Assembly: GCA_963789265.1 (NCBI GenBank)
Contig: CAWBKB010000003.1
Location: 160,001-224,000 of the forward strand
Source: an uncultured delta proteobacterium
GTDB taxonomy: Bacteria > Desulfobacterota > Desulfomonilia > Desulfomonilales > Desulfomonilaceae
Reading direction: 5' to 3'
Length of the DNA stretch: 64,000 nucleotides
Positions 21,188-31,696 of the stretch are shown in pieces; position 1 is the first letter of the stretch, and every line of letters begins with the position of its first letter. Below the pieces are notes generated by a model, which worked only from the letters and a program-made list of their open reading frames with translations, did no database searches and was not told the DNA's origin. Position numbers and translations under genes: made by a program.

Positions 21188-22350
21188 ATGCCAGGCACTC
21201 TCATTAAGGGTATAGGGACACTCATAAGCGGTGACATCAATAACCCCATCCTGAATGCAGACTCGATATTTGTTTCGAAAGGCAAGATCAACAAGATCGG
21301 AAAAGCGGTGGATCTTGAAAAGCTTGAGCCGGAAACCGTCATTGATGCTTCCGGAAGCACCATAACCCCCGGCCTAATCGATTCCCATTGCCACGTCGTC
21401 TTTGGCGACTATACCCCGCGGCAGCACCAGGTTGGTTTCCTGGAGAGCGAGGTCCACGGCGGCGTCACAACGATAATATCAGCCGGTGAAGTTCACTTGC
21501 CCGGCAGGCCCAAAGACCCGGCTGGAACCAAGGCACTTGCAATCCTTGCCGCCAAGTCGTTTGCCAATTTCAGACCCGGTGGCGCAAAGATCCTCGGAGG
21601 TTCGGTGATCTTGGAAAAGGGGCTGACCGAAGAGGATTTTGCAGAGATGGCACGTGAGGGCGTGAAAGTGGTCGGCGAAATCGGCCTGGGCTCGGTCAAA
21701 TTCCCGGAAGATGCGGCTCCTATGGTTAAGTGGGCCAAGAAGCATGGGATGGTGGTGCTGATGCATACCGGAGGCACTTCCATCCCCGGCAGCGACACTG
21801 TCACAGCGGCTCACGTGATGGCAACGGACCCGCACGTCGCCTGCCACGTCAATGGAGGGCCGACAGCGGTTTCTCCCGAGGAAATCCGTAAGCTAATTCA
21901 GGAGACCTCGTACGTTTCTCGAGTTGGTGCATTGCGGCAATCCGAAAGCGATGCTTGAGGCCCTGAACCAGGGATTGAAGCACAACGCACTGCCCCGATT
22001 CATCATCGGAAACGACGCACCGTCGGGGACCGGGGTTGTGCCCCTTGGTATTTTGAGGGTGATCTGTATGGCCGCTTCTCTGACCGACGTCAGGGCCGAG
22101 CAGGCTCTCTGTATGGCCACAGGGAACACCGCCAGGGTGTTCGGCCTCAATACCGGCTTCGTGCGTGAAGGTTCTGGCCGCGGACCTGGTAGCAATGGAT
22201 GCTCCTATGGGCTCGATCGGCGCGGACGCGTTACAGGCCATCGAGGCCGGCGACGTGCCCGGAGTTTCCATGGTGATGATCGACGGCAAGATAGAAGTGA
22301 AAGTCAGCCGAAATACCCCACCGGCAGTGAGAAAAGCCAAGGTGGCTTGA
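21188..22350 (+). CDS. ena: enamidase (amidohydrolase family); apparent +1 indels ~21916 and ~22172
   Basis: PGLIDSHCHVVFGDYTPRQ, SAGEVHLPGRP, HTGGTSIPGS, HVNGGPTA, GNDAPSGTGV, SRNTPP. Confidence 0.88.
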
Positions 22351-22389
22351 TGAGAGCTTGTTTGTCAGCGAAGAGAATCGGGTATACAC

Positions 22390-23889
22390 ATGCAGGTAAT
22401 CATTGAAAAGTGCAAGGGGTGCGGGGCCTGCGTTCTGGATTGCCCGCAGCAAGCAATATCTTTAACCAAAAGAAAAGCTGTAATTGGGGATGCATGCTCT
22501 CAGTGCGGCGCATGCCTCAAAGTTTGTCCCGAAGAAGCAATATTCTCTGAGGACGCGCCCTCTCCGGGGGCCGTAACCTGTGAAGCCTGCCCCATTCGAT
22601 GCCGCATCAAAGAGGGGTACACCGGTGCCTGCCAGCGGTTCATGAATCGCGGCGGCACTCTTGAACGGACCATTTCTCTTCAGACTTACGAAGAGGTCAA
22701 GCATCTGGTAGGACCCGATTGGGAGCCCGCGATTCGGCGGCCGCTAATCACCGGTATCGGCGCGGGAACAACATACCCCGATTGCAAGCCGGCACCTCAC
22801 ATCGTTCAGTCAAAAGCTGATGGAGTGGACGTCGTCACTGTAGTCACCGAAGCCCCGCTGAGCTATTCCGGCATAAAGTTGAAGGTGGATACCGATTCGA
22901 CCATCGGGCAAGAAGGAGCGGGCATATTCTTTAGGAAGAAAAAGGTCGGACATCTCACCACCGAGGAATACGGATCGAAAATCCTCTCCATAGGTGGGGC
23001 TAATCTACTCACCAGCGCCGACGGTCTCACTGTGGCGAGGCTGATATCCGACCTCTCTAATCGCAAGATGGTCAAACTACGTATTGAAGAAGGTAGCCGA
23101 CTCGAACTTCAGGTGGGAAACCACCCGGTCATTGATGGAAAGGTGGACGAAGTGATGCGCGTCGGTTGCGGGAGTGCTACTCTGGGGCTGTTTGCTAACA
23201 TTTTCAAAGACGTAGCCGACGAAGTCATAGTGCTGGACTCCCACCTCACAGGTTTGATGAGCGAACACGCGGCCGGGCTGTATGTGGGTGCGCGACCCAG
23301 CGGCATAAAGCTGCGCTTCAAACAGAGCACGCCAGGCAGGTATTTCGGCGATCACGGCAAAGGCTGGGGCGGCACTTCGATAGTTGACCCCAGGGAGGTC
23401 ATAGAATCGATTGATATGAACCTGGCTAGATCGGGAATGAGAATTCTCATCACTGAAACTACCGGCCGCAAGGCGGCTTTCCTGGAGCTGAATGCGGACG
23501 GAAGTCTGAAAGAGATTGCCATTACTCCAGACGCTCAGAGGGCTGTGGGAGAACTGGCTGCCACGTGCCAGGAATCAAGAGTTTCCGGTATATATTGCGG
23601 CGGCTCGGGAGGAAGCGCTCGGGCAGGCGTAACGCGTTATCCCATAAAGCTTACACGTGCTGTGCATTCCATGAGGGCGCGCTTGACTGTTGGCGGAGCC
23701 CCTACATTCGTGCTTCCCGGAGGCGGCATAAATTTCATGGTAGATGTTGAAAAAGTCATGCGCGGAGCGTTCACCTGGGTTCCAACACCCGCTACAGTTT
23801 GCCCGATTGAGTACACCATGACTCTCGAGGACTTCCGCACCATCGGTGGCCATCTGGAAGCCATGAAGCCGTTTGTTCCAAAGGAATAG
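22390..23889 (+). CDS. hnr: 6-hydroxynicotinate reductase
   Basis: 2x CxxCxxCxxxCP ferredoxin, CEACPIRCRI..G..GACQR, GAGTTYPD.KPAP, MRVGCGSAT, GGSARAGVT..P, WVPTPA. Confidence 0.85.
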   Translation: MQVIIEKCKGCGACVLDCPQQAISLTKRKAVIGDACSQCGACLKVCPEEAIFSEDAPSPGAVTCEACPIRCRIKEGYTGACQRFMNRGGTLERTISLQTYEEVKHLVGPDWEPAIRRPLITGIGAGTTYPDCKPAPHIVQSKADGVDVVTVVTEAPLSYSGIKLKVDTDSTIGQEGAGIFFRKKKVGHLTTEEYGSKILSIGGANLLTSADGLTVARLISDLSNRKMVKLRIEEGSRLELQVGNHPVIDGKVDEVMRVGCGSATLGLFANIFKDVADEVIVLDSHLTGLMSEHAAGLYVGARPSGIKLRFKQSTPGRYFGDHGKGWGGTSIVDPREVIESIDMNLARSGMRILITETTGRKAAFLELNADGSLKEIAITPDAQRAVGELAATCQESRVSGIYCGGSGGSARAGVTRYPIKLTRAVHSMRARLTVGGAPTFVLPGGGINFMVDVEKVMRGAFTWVPTPATVCPIEYTMTLEDFRTIGGHLEAMKPFVPKE

Positions 23890-23890
23890 A

Positions 23891-24736
23891 GTGCCGAACC
23901 ATTGGGAAAGCCGGATTTTTACGCTGGGGGATGGCACGGTTCTCGTCGAATGCGGACCCATGCGCATGTTTATTGAAGGATATTCGCAGGGGGCCAGTCA
24001 ACCACAAATTTGTCTCAGAGGTGCGCAGGAAGCAATCAAGTTCCTGGAACAAGTGGCAGAGCATAGGGCGGAGATTCTGACTCCTGCCCTATGGCTGCCT
24101 CCACCGCCGACAGATCTTTTGATTCATGAAATGTGGAAAGCCGCGCGTGAGATAGGGGACGAGGATCTCACTCCTATGGCAGCGGTGGCGGGCACTATTG
24201 CGGATGCAACCGCGGATTTCCTTGCAATTCACCATCTGACCAAAATCGTGGTAAACAATGGTGGGGATGTGGCGGTGCGCTTGGCGCCCGGAGAAGAGGT
24301 GGTGGTGGGAATCCGGCCTGATGTGAACGGCACGCAGGTTACGCGCAGGGTTCTAATTACCGCTGAAATGAATATTGGCGGAATATGCACGAGCGGGCTC
24401 GGGGGTCGAAGTTTTACTCGCGGAGTGGCTTCCGCGGCTACCGTCTTCGCCCCTCGAGCTTCAGTGGCTGACGCGGCTGCAACGGCGGTGGCCAACGCCA
24501 CATACTTTCATGGCCCTGCAGTTCATAGGTGCAGAGCCGACTTGATCGATCCCAACACTGATCTGCTAGGAATACAGATCACCACTTCGGTGGGAGAACT
24601 GACAGGCAACGAGATCCACAGGGCTCTGAAGCAGGGTGTCAAACGCGCCGAACAACTGGTACAACGCGATATTATCGTGGGAGCTTGTGTGGCAGTTAAG
24701 GGCCGAATGGAGTGCACCGCGAGTTTCGACCGATAA
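23891..24736 (+). CDS. UPF0280 / ApbE-like protein
   Basis: TPMAAVAGTIAD, VNNGGD, GICTSGLGGRSFTRGVA, ADAAATAVAN. Confidence 0.9.
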   Translation: MPNHWESRIFTLGDGTVLVECGPMRMFIEGYSQGASQPQICLRGAQEAIKFLEQVAEHRAEILTPALWLPPPPTDLLIHEMWKAAREIGDEDLTPMAAVAGTIADATADFLAIHHLTKIVVNNGGDVAVRLAPGEEVVVGIRPDVNGTQVTRRVLITAEMNIGGICTSGLGGRSFTRGVASAATVFAPRASVADAAATAVANATYFHGPAVHRCRADLIDPNTDLLGIQITTSVGELTGNEIHRALKQGVKRAEQLVQRDIIVGACVAVKGRMECTASFDR

Positions 24737-24791
24737 AGTCTTCTCAATTCTTCGTCTGTTGGACCTGCCAATATGAATAGGAGTAAAGAAT

Positions 24792-25188
24792 ATGGAAACA
24801 ATGCAGGTGAAAACAAAATCGCGAATTGAGTTCGTAGACATCACATCTCGTGTTAAGGAAGCAATCTCGAAGAGCGGAGTCAAAGAAGGCGTCGCTGTAG
24901 TATATGTTCCCCACACTACGGCGGCGGTCACTATCAACGAGGCCGCGGATCCTGCTGTCGTTCAGGACATAGGGGAAAAACTCTCCCAATTGGTTCCCCA
25001 TGACAAGTCCTATCGGCACACGGAAGGGAATGCCGACGCGCATATAAAGACCACTCTCGTGGGGAGTTCGGTGCATTTGATCATTTCCGACGGGTCCACG
25101 GTTCTCGGAACATGGCAGGGTGTATTCTTTTGCGAGTTCGACGGTCCCAGAAACACGAAGGGTTTTGGTCAAGATTCAAGCTGATTAG
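24792..25188 (+). CDS. yjbQ: YjbQ / UPF0047 family (apparent +1 indel ~25151)
   Basis: PHTTAAVTINE, HTEGNADAHIK, LGTWQGVFFCEFDGPR. Confidence 0.92.
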
Positions 25189-25217
25189 AAACGATCATCG
25201 GATGCTATGGATCGCCG

Positions 25218-25514
25218 CAAATGACACCGTGTTTCCGGTGGGACAGTCCCGCCTGGGGCGGGATTGCCTGTTGTCATGCCCGCGTACGCGGGCATCAATT
25301 GTAGGGGCAGACCTATGTGTCTGCCCCGGGCGGACACGCAGGTCCGCCCCTACATGACCCGGATCGGAGTCTGGGGCGATCCCGCGGAACGCGGGATAAG
25401 CAGTCCCGCGTTCCGCGCGGGCCCGGGTACGCGGGCATGACGGGATGTAGGGGCGGGTTTGAAACCCGCCCCTACCAGAAACACGGTATCACTTGCTTGA
25501 AAGCGAATTGGTAT
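25218..25514. repeat. composite REP element (same family as 9319, 35325)
   Basis: GTAGGGGCAGACCTATGTGTCTGCCC doublet, GTAGGGGCGGGTTTGAAACCCGCCCCTAC, end TTGAAAGCGAATTGGTAT. Confidence 0.9.
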
Positions 25515-25527
25515 CTGAGGATGAAGT

Positions 25528-25971
25528 GTGACTGAAACGGTGGAAATCTTCACTGATGGAGCGTGCAAGGGCAATCCAGGCCCCGGTGGCTGGGCCGCGC
25601 TTCTGCGATATAAAGGGGTCGAAAAGGCGATGAGCGGCGGCCAGCGCAATACGACGAACAACCGGATGGAAATAATGGCAGCCCTCATGGCCCTCGAGAC
25701 GCTCAAACGTCCGTGCAAGGTTACAATCACGACTGATTCCCAATACCTGATGAAGGGGATCACTGAATGGCTCAAGAACTGGAAGAAGCAGGATTGGATG
25801 ACGTCACAGAAAACTCCGGTCAAGAACGCAGACCTATGGAAGCGCTTGGACGAGGTTGCATCTCGCCACGAAGTCCAGTGGAGGTGGGTGAAGGGGCACA
25901 ACAACCATAACGAGAACGAGAGGGCCGACGCTCTCGCTCGAAACGAAATAAAGAAGTTTCTTAGAAGTTGA
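25528..25971 (+). CDS. rnhA: ribonuclease HI
   Basis: [40 protein letters not shown]. Confidence 0.97.
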   Translation: MTETVEIFTDGACKGNPGPGGWAALLRYKGVEKAMSGGQRNTTNNRMEIMAALMALETLKRPCKVTITTDSQYLMKGITEWLKNWKKQDWMTSQKTPVKNADLWKRLDEVASRHEVQWRWVKGHNNHNENERADALARNEIKKFLRS

Positions 25972-26064
25972 CCGCGAGAAACCGGTTGAGTGTGCCGGCA
26001 GGCGACTCAACTCCAGCCAGCAGCCGCGGCAGGCAATACCCGCTATTTCACGTTTCAACTCTGA

Positions 26065-26248
26065 TTCTGGTTCGCTCTCAAATAAGTGAGAATCGCCAAG
26101 TAGCGAACGGCACCGACCTGGCACCATAACGGTGCTCAGGTCAGTGGCACCCAACGTCCATTCATGAGGTACTGGGTGCCATCCCGCGTCCCGCGGGAGG
26201 CTTTGTCAGATCCGTGCCGTATTTGTCGTTTGATCGCGAATTGGCATG
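26065..26248. repeat. inverted copy of the 5029-5220 repeat
   Basis: GGCACCGACCTGG..GGTGCTCAGGTCAGTGGCACCCAAC..GGCTTTGTCAGATCCGTG..GTTTGATCGCGAATTGGCAT. Confidence 0.85.
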
Positions 26249-26405
26249 AGCTCTTGGCTAGGACCGGCACAATTGGCAGAAATCCTGGTCTGGTGGGTTA
26301 TGGGACAGTTTGTTGACAGAGAAAATGGTGAGGGGTAATTTCAAGGGTTGTGAAAATCCGATCTTGATAGAGGTGTACATTGTCTGTAGGCTCGGGTAAA
26401 ATAAA

Positions 26406-28083
26406 GTGATATCGCGCAGTCATCGTCTGCTTATTGATTCGATTCTGCTGGGCGTGGTGGGAGCGCTAAGCGCCCAGGTCTTCATGTTTCTCTTGCACGC
26501 TAGCACTCATTTGTTCAGCGTCTGGATCGCAGGATATGTTCCCCCTGGATTGCCTGAAGAGGGCGGCGTGCTCATCGAAAAGATCGGTGCCCATTGGCTT
26601 TGGTATATCCCAATCATAACAACGTTGGGTGGCTTAATCTCCGGAATTTTGGTGTTCAGCCTGGCTCCTGAGGCTGAGGGTCACGGCACGGACGCCGCTG
26701 TCAAAGCGTATCATCAACGGGGAGGGTTCATCCGGGCTCGGGTCCCGTTCTTGAAGATGCTGGCTTCCGCAATCACCATTGGTTCAGGGGGCTCTGCTGG
26801 ACGAGAAGGGCCGACGGCATTGACGAGCGCCGGGATTGGAGCTATCTACGCCGGTCTTTTCAAGCGTTCCGATGAGGACAGGCGTCTGCTGGTTCTGATA
26901 GGCATGGCCGCAGGACTCTCCGCGATCTTCCGTTCGCCGATAGGGTGCGCTGTCTTGGCCGTCGAGGTGCTCTACAGTGAGATGGATTACGAGTCTTCCG
27001 CCTTATTCTACGCCATGTTCGCGTCAGTGGTGGCCTATGTTCTCAATGGAGTTTTCGTAGGCTGGCACCCGTTGTTCAAGGTACCTCCGCATCTGGGCAT
27101 CAACAGCGCTGAAGACTTTCTTTATTATCTGGCACTCGGACTCGCCAGCGGACTCATTGCAACCCTATTGCCGATGATGTTCTACGGCATTCGGGATTTA
27201 TTCAAGCTGATCCCGTTGCCTCCCCATGTCAAGCCCGCCATCGGCGGGCTCGGAGTTGGATTGATGGCGCTGGTGGTACCCCAGGTGCTTGGAGGAGGCT
27301 ACGGTTGGATTCAAGAGGCCATTAACGGACGTCTAACAGGAGAACTGCTGCTCACGTTGGTATTCGCCAAGGCCCTGGCTTTTTGCTTCACCGTTTCCTC
27401 TGGGGGATCCGGGGGAATCTTCGCGCCATGCCTTTTCGTCGGAGCAATGCTCGGAGGATTCCTGGCCCAAGTCTTCGGTCAGCCCCCCGCAGGATTCGTT
27501 GTCGTGGGAATTGTGGCGGTCTTCGGAGCTGCAGCGAGAGTTCCGTTCGCAACCCTGCTGATGGTTGTAGAAATGACAGGCGGCTATGAGATGCTGGTAC
27601 CTGCGGCGGCAGCCGTTGCCGTAAGCTACTTTGTGCAGTACCAGCTATCCTCGCCATTGAAGTACCGGAAGCATGTACGAGGCCCAGGTACCGACGAGGG
27701 CTGACTCGCCAAGTCATCATGCGGAAACGTTGGAAGTGGCTTGCAGGCTGCTGCGAGATAGACAGGTCCCTCCCGATACAATGGTGGATCGTATGAATCT
27801 CCTCGATCTCCTGGAGTCGGGTATCCCTGTGGATCTCTCTTACGGCAGGAACCTGGACATCGTGAAAGTTACAATGGACAGCTCTTGCGTCGGCATGCCT
27901 CCTCAATCGGTTATGCTCGTAGACCCGGGCAAAGATGCTGAGGTGGCTGCCATAGTCCGCGCGGGAGCGGTGCTGATACCCCAGCCCGACACGGTATTAC
28001 AGGCTGGAGATCGGTTGCTGGTCGTGGAGCACCCTGGTATTCAGTGCGAAGTTCCGGGTCTCACAAGCAGGCAGGCTAAATAG
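26406..28083 (+). CDS. CLC chloride channel/transporter with C-terminal TrkA-C (RCK_C) domain (apparent +1 indel ~27669)
   Basis: PEAEGHGTD, GGSAGREGP, GGSGGIFAP, VEMTGGY; SMYEAQVPTRADSP; IVRAG..LIPQPDTVLQAGDRL. Confidence 0.88.
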
Positions 28084-28166
28084 GCCAATTCACAACGAAG
28101 TAGCCAAGTGGAATGGGAATCGCGCCGGCGCCTGCGGCCAAGGTCTCGTTTCCAAAGGGCAACAAA

Positions 28167-30059
28167 TCAGAGGTGGGGTCCGAATAGGTGCGGGCTCACG
28201 TTGAAGAGCCTACGCCGGAGTTCGTTACGCAAAACGTATTTGCGGCCTCGCACTGATGCCGGAGTCGATTTGATCCCTTTGTGTCCGAGCGAAGTAATCA
28301 GATCGGGCACGTTGCCGGCAATTCTTGTCTCAGAGGAAACCGGGAGTGACCACGGCTCGATCCTCTCGAAGTTGGTTGCGAGTTGCTGAACCCCTCTCCA
28401 TTCGATCCCTGTTGGAACTAAGCCGTCTTGGGCTGTAATCTTGTCCAGCAAAACCAGTTCACGCCCCGACCTCTTGAACAACAACAGACTGTTGTGCGGG
28501 GATGGTTCACGCTGCCTCTGGCTGTCGCCGCAGAGAAATCCCTCGGGCGTGGCGACCGATTGTTGATTCACATGAGAGAGACGATCATAGGCATAAGGAT
28601 AGAGTCGCCAAGCACCTAGAGTGCGATCTCCATAGAGCATTTGGATCAGTTCGGCCAAGCCGTTCTCTCTGCGAATGACCTCCGCACGCTTGTGGGTGCA
28701 GGCGAGGTCGAGAAATACGAAATTGGTGCCGGATTTCACGGCAGGAACTCGGCTTATCAAGCTTCGCAAGAGATCGTTGCGGATTGCCGCTGCCTCTCTC
28801 CAATCCTGGCTCAATCCGGCGTGAAAAACCGCCATGAAACCGATGAGAACCAGGGCCACTATCTTTCCGATCGATTTGGCCACCGCCTGCCGCCACCCAC
28901 TGAGCAGGCAGGCTAGTAAAATGGCCACTCCAAAAGAAGCTGAAGAATAGATCCTGCTCGCCCAAGTGAAATTATACCATGAGAGATCGCCCTCGGGCAG
29001 CAGCCGACACTTCACCATCACAGTCTCGAACATATTAGGGGTGGAACTTCCGTATCCTGCGAGCTGGTATGGCAGCATTCCCAGCATCAGAATGCCTACG
29101 CCGAGAGCTACCGGATACCATTGCGATCCTGGCCCGAATCGACCCTCCGCCGCAACCTTTTCCACATGGCTTCGACTCGAAAAGAGGAACAGCCCCGCCG
29201 TCCACAGCACTATTAGCGCACCTGCCAGAAGCGCCCACCGATCGGCAGACATTGAGGTAAACGGCGCCATCAGATAGAACGGAAGCAAAGCGAGATATGA
29301 CCACACAAGTTCGAGGGACGACAGAAGATCGGTTCGCGCTACTGCTCCTCCGCTGAGGACTACTAATCTGATCGCCACTGCAAGGGTAAACGCAGACAAA
29401 ATCCCTACGCAGAGTTTTACCAAGAAGGCCCGATCGGAACTCTGGTCGGAATAGCGCCGGTAAACGGGCAACACCAGCAATGGCGTCAAGAAAATCAAGA
29501 AGCTGGGCCCCTCATACGTGAGGAATGAAACCACGTACAGAGCAATAGGCAGGGCCAGCCCGCGCCACGATGACGACTTTTGGGCCCACCGTTGGAACGC
29601 AATCACCGAAGTCCAAAACAACAACGTGGTAAGACGGGAATTATCGGTGAACACTACATACGTTAAGCAGGAAACGGGCGGCAAGAAAAAAGCCAGCAAT
29701 ACGGCTATGGAAACGAAGGTCTGCCGACGCGGAAAAGCCTTATCCAGGGCCACTCCCATGAGAACCGCGGATCCTGCCAGCAACAACAATGAACAGAGGT
29801 GAAACGCCGCCCTCTCGAAGCCGAAGAGCTTGAACAGAGTGATCCAATAAAGTCCTTCCACCGGTCTCGAGAACTGGCGCGCGTAGCGAGCTATTGCATG
29901 GGGAAAGCTATTCCAGTACGGGACCGCCAGCACCCACCAGTCGTCACCGGTGAAGCCGATGTCCCCCGTAAACGCCGTGAGCACAATACAATATAGGCCC
30001 AGTCCCACTGCTAAAAGCCATAGGTATGATCTGCTGCTCTCAGATTGTTCCATGGACAT
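28167..30059 (-). CDS. polytopic membrane protein, possible GT-C glycosyltransferase
   Basis: TM followed by GFTGDDW, RP, ~11 TM helices, LTYE, C-terminal soluble domain. Confidence 0.7.
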   Translation of the reverse strand: MSMEQSESSRSYLWLLAVGLGLYCIVLTAFTGDIGFTGDDWWVLAVPYWNSFPHAIARYARQFSRPVEGLYWITLFKLFGFERAAFHLCSLLLLAGSAVLMGVALDKAFPRRQTFVSIAVLLAFFLPPVSCLTYVVFTDNSRLTTLLFWTSVIAFQRWAQKSSSWRGLALPIALYVVSFLTYEGPSFLIFLTPLLVLPVYRRYSDQSSDRAFLVKLCVGILSAFTLAVAIRLVVLSGGAVARTDLLSSLELVWSYLALLPFYLMAPFTSMSADRWALLAGALIVLWTAGLFLFSSRSHVEKVAAEGRFGPGSQWYPVALGVGILMLGMLPYQLAGYGSSTPNMFETVMVKCRLLPEGDLSWYNFTWASRIYSSASFGVAILLACLLSGWRQAVAKSIGKIVALVLIGFMAVFHAGLSQDWREAAAIRNDLLRSLISRVPAVKSGTNFVFLDLACTHKRAEVIRRENGLAELIQMLYGDRTLGAWRLYPYAYDRLSHVNQQSVATPEGFLCGDSQRQREPSPHNSLLLFKRSGRELVLLDKITAQDGLVPTGIEWRGVQQLATNFERIEPWSLPVSSETRIAGNVPDLITSLGHKGIKSTPASVRGRKYVLRNELRRRLFNVSPHLFGPHL

Positions 30060-30171
30060 AGGCCAAGGATCTCCGATATCGTTAAGATATGATCAATGCG
30101 GCACTGGCCCGTGAGAAACACACTTTGGGTATAACAAAGCTGTCACAGCTTGAAAAGGCAAAATTTTCCGT

Positions 30172-30200
30172 TGACCCGGGTGGGGCCGTGATGTACTGTT
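30172..30200 (+). promoter_or_regulatory. putative sigma70 promoter of the merR-family gene
   Basis: TTGACC-N17-TACTGT. Confidence 0.4.
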
Positions 30201-30306
30201 ACGTAGCTGTATTGTAGTCGCGTTTTCGACTCGAGCTATTCGGAGTCCTCAACCGCGTTACAATTTTTCGACAGCCAAGTTTAGCCCGGCCTGCAGGAGA
30301 CCTGTC

Positions 30307-30780
30307 ATGGGCGCTTCGCGACAACTATTGCAAATTGGAAAAATCGCTGTCGAAGCAAAAACTACTGTCCGAACTGTACGCTATTATTTGGAAGAGGGCT
30401 TAATAGAATCGGCAGGGAGAAGCCCTGGTGGGTTCTACCTCTTTGAAACATACACCGTGGATACAGTCCGTTTTATCCAGAAGCTTAAAAGCCTGGGTAT
30501 GTCACTTAAGGAAATCAAGGCCCTATATCGGATCAGGCGAGAAAAGCAGACGGGCAATGAAGCGTATCCGGTAGTTCTTAAGCGACTTCAAAAAAGCCTA
30601 AAGGATGTCAAGAAAAAGATCGAAGAATACGAGGCGCTCAGAGACGAGTTGGCGAAAGCTATAGTCCTGGTTCAAGAATGCCACGGCTGTAAGATGAAGC
30701 CGAACCGAAAGAACTGTTTAGCCTGCAAAATTGTCAAGCAGCGGGATCGAATTCCTTCTCCGTTTGCGGCCATCCTCTAG
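30307..30780 (+). CDS. MerR family regulator with C-terminal CxxC-x8-CxxC
   Basis: QIGKIA...TTVRTVRYY, RSPGGFYLF, LGMSLKEIK; CHGC...CLAC. Confidence 0.92.
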   Translation: MGASRQLLQIGKIAVEAKTTVRTVRYYLEEGLIESAGRSPGGFYLFETYTVDTVRFIQKLKSLGMSLKEIKALYRIRREKQTGNEAYPVVLKRLQKSLKDVKKKIEEYEALRDELAKAIVLVQECHGCKMKPNRKNCLACKIVKQRDRIPSPFAAIL

Positions 30781-30869
30781 GGTATTCAGTGCTGATGAAC
30801 TGTAAAAAAACCGGCGTTTGCCTTGTGATGCCGGCCGGATGAAGATTTGCCCGGGAAGCTGGGTACAGT

Positions 30870-31017
30870 TTTTCGTAAGTACGGTGAAGTTAAGAACCGG
30901 GTCCAGAAGAAGATTGCTTCGCTGCGCTCGCAATGACAGGTAGTGGGAATGTCATTGCGAGGAGTGAAACGACGAAGCAATCTCTGCCGTGAAAATCCGC
31001 GACCTTACTTACGAAAA
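30870..31017. repeat. palindromic repeat (GTCATTGCGAG..GAAGCAATCT type) inside terminal IR
   Basis: TTTTCGTAAGTA ... AGATTGCTTCGCTGCGCTCGCAATGAC ... GTCATTGCGAGGAG..CGAAGCAATCT ... TACTTACGAAAA. Confidence 0.8.
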
Positions 31018-31105
31018 CCAGTACTTAGCAGACATGCCGCATTTTTTGCCGGAACTTGCTACCTGCAGAACATTAAATAGCCCCGTCCATGTGAGGAGAT
31101 TTTTT

Positions 31106-31696
31106 ATGAAGAAGCGGTCGAGCTTGGAAAGAAGGATGTTGAATTATTTCCTATTGATAGCCGTGGCTTCCTTGTTGATAACATTTGAGTTTGTCTGGGC
31201 CATAGGGAAAATCATGCCTCAAGGCTCCCTGCCAGCCTCTCAGGCAGTTGACGCCGTGAGGCAAGGCATCGAGTCCCTGCGACAAAAGACTCTACTGATG
31301 TTTGTAGTTCAAGCGGTGGAGACTCTTATCATTTTGGTAATGTTCGTGAGAAAAATCACCACACCCCTACAACAGATGGTGAACGAGGCTGAAATCATTT
31401 CCGAGGGCGATCTTAGCCGAATTATACCTGTTCGTACGAGAGATGAGATCGGTCTCATCGGACAGACCATAAACGCCCTGACCAGTAACATCCAGGAAAT
31501 GGCAGCCGTCGGATCACATACCGAGGCATCGGTGCGAATACCTCTTGCGGAGCTTCGGCAACGATGGAAGACCGATCCGGTCTCTACAAAGAAACTGTGT
31601 GATATTGAGGCAATCCTTGACAGTTTCAAGCAAATCGCGCGGCACGTGAAAATGTTGCCCGGTCCTCTCGATTCGCAGGAGGAGGGCCTATCATGA
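31106..31696 (+). CDS. 2-TM HAMP-domain protein without output domain
   Basis: TM-short loop-TM, ITTPL...ISEGDLS...RDEIGLIGQTINAL. Confidence 0.85.
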   Translation: MKKRSSLERRMLNYFLLIAVASLLITFEFVWAIGKIMPQGSLPASQAVDAVRQGIESLRQKTLLMFVVQAVETLIILVMFVRKITTPLQQMVNEAEIISEGDLSRIIPVRTRDEIGLIGQTINALTSNIQEMAAVGSHTEASVRIPLAELRQRWKTDPVSTKKLCDIEAILDSFKQIARHVKMLPGPLDSQEEGLS

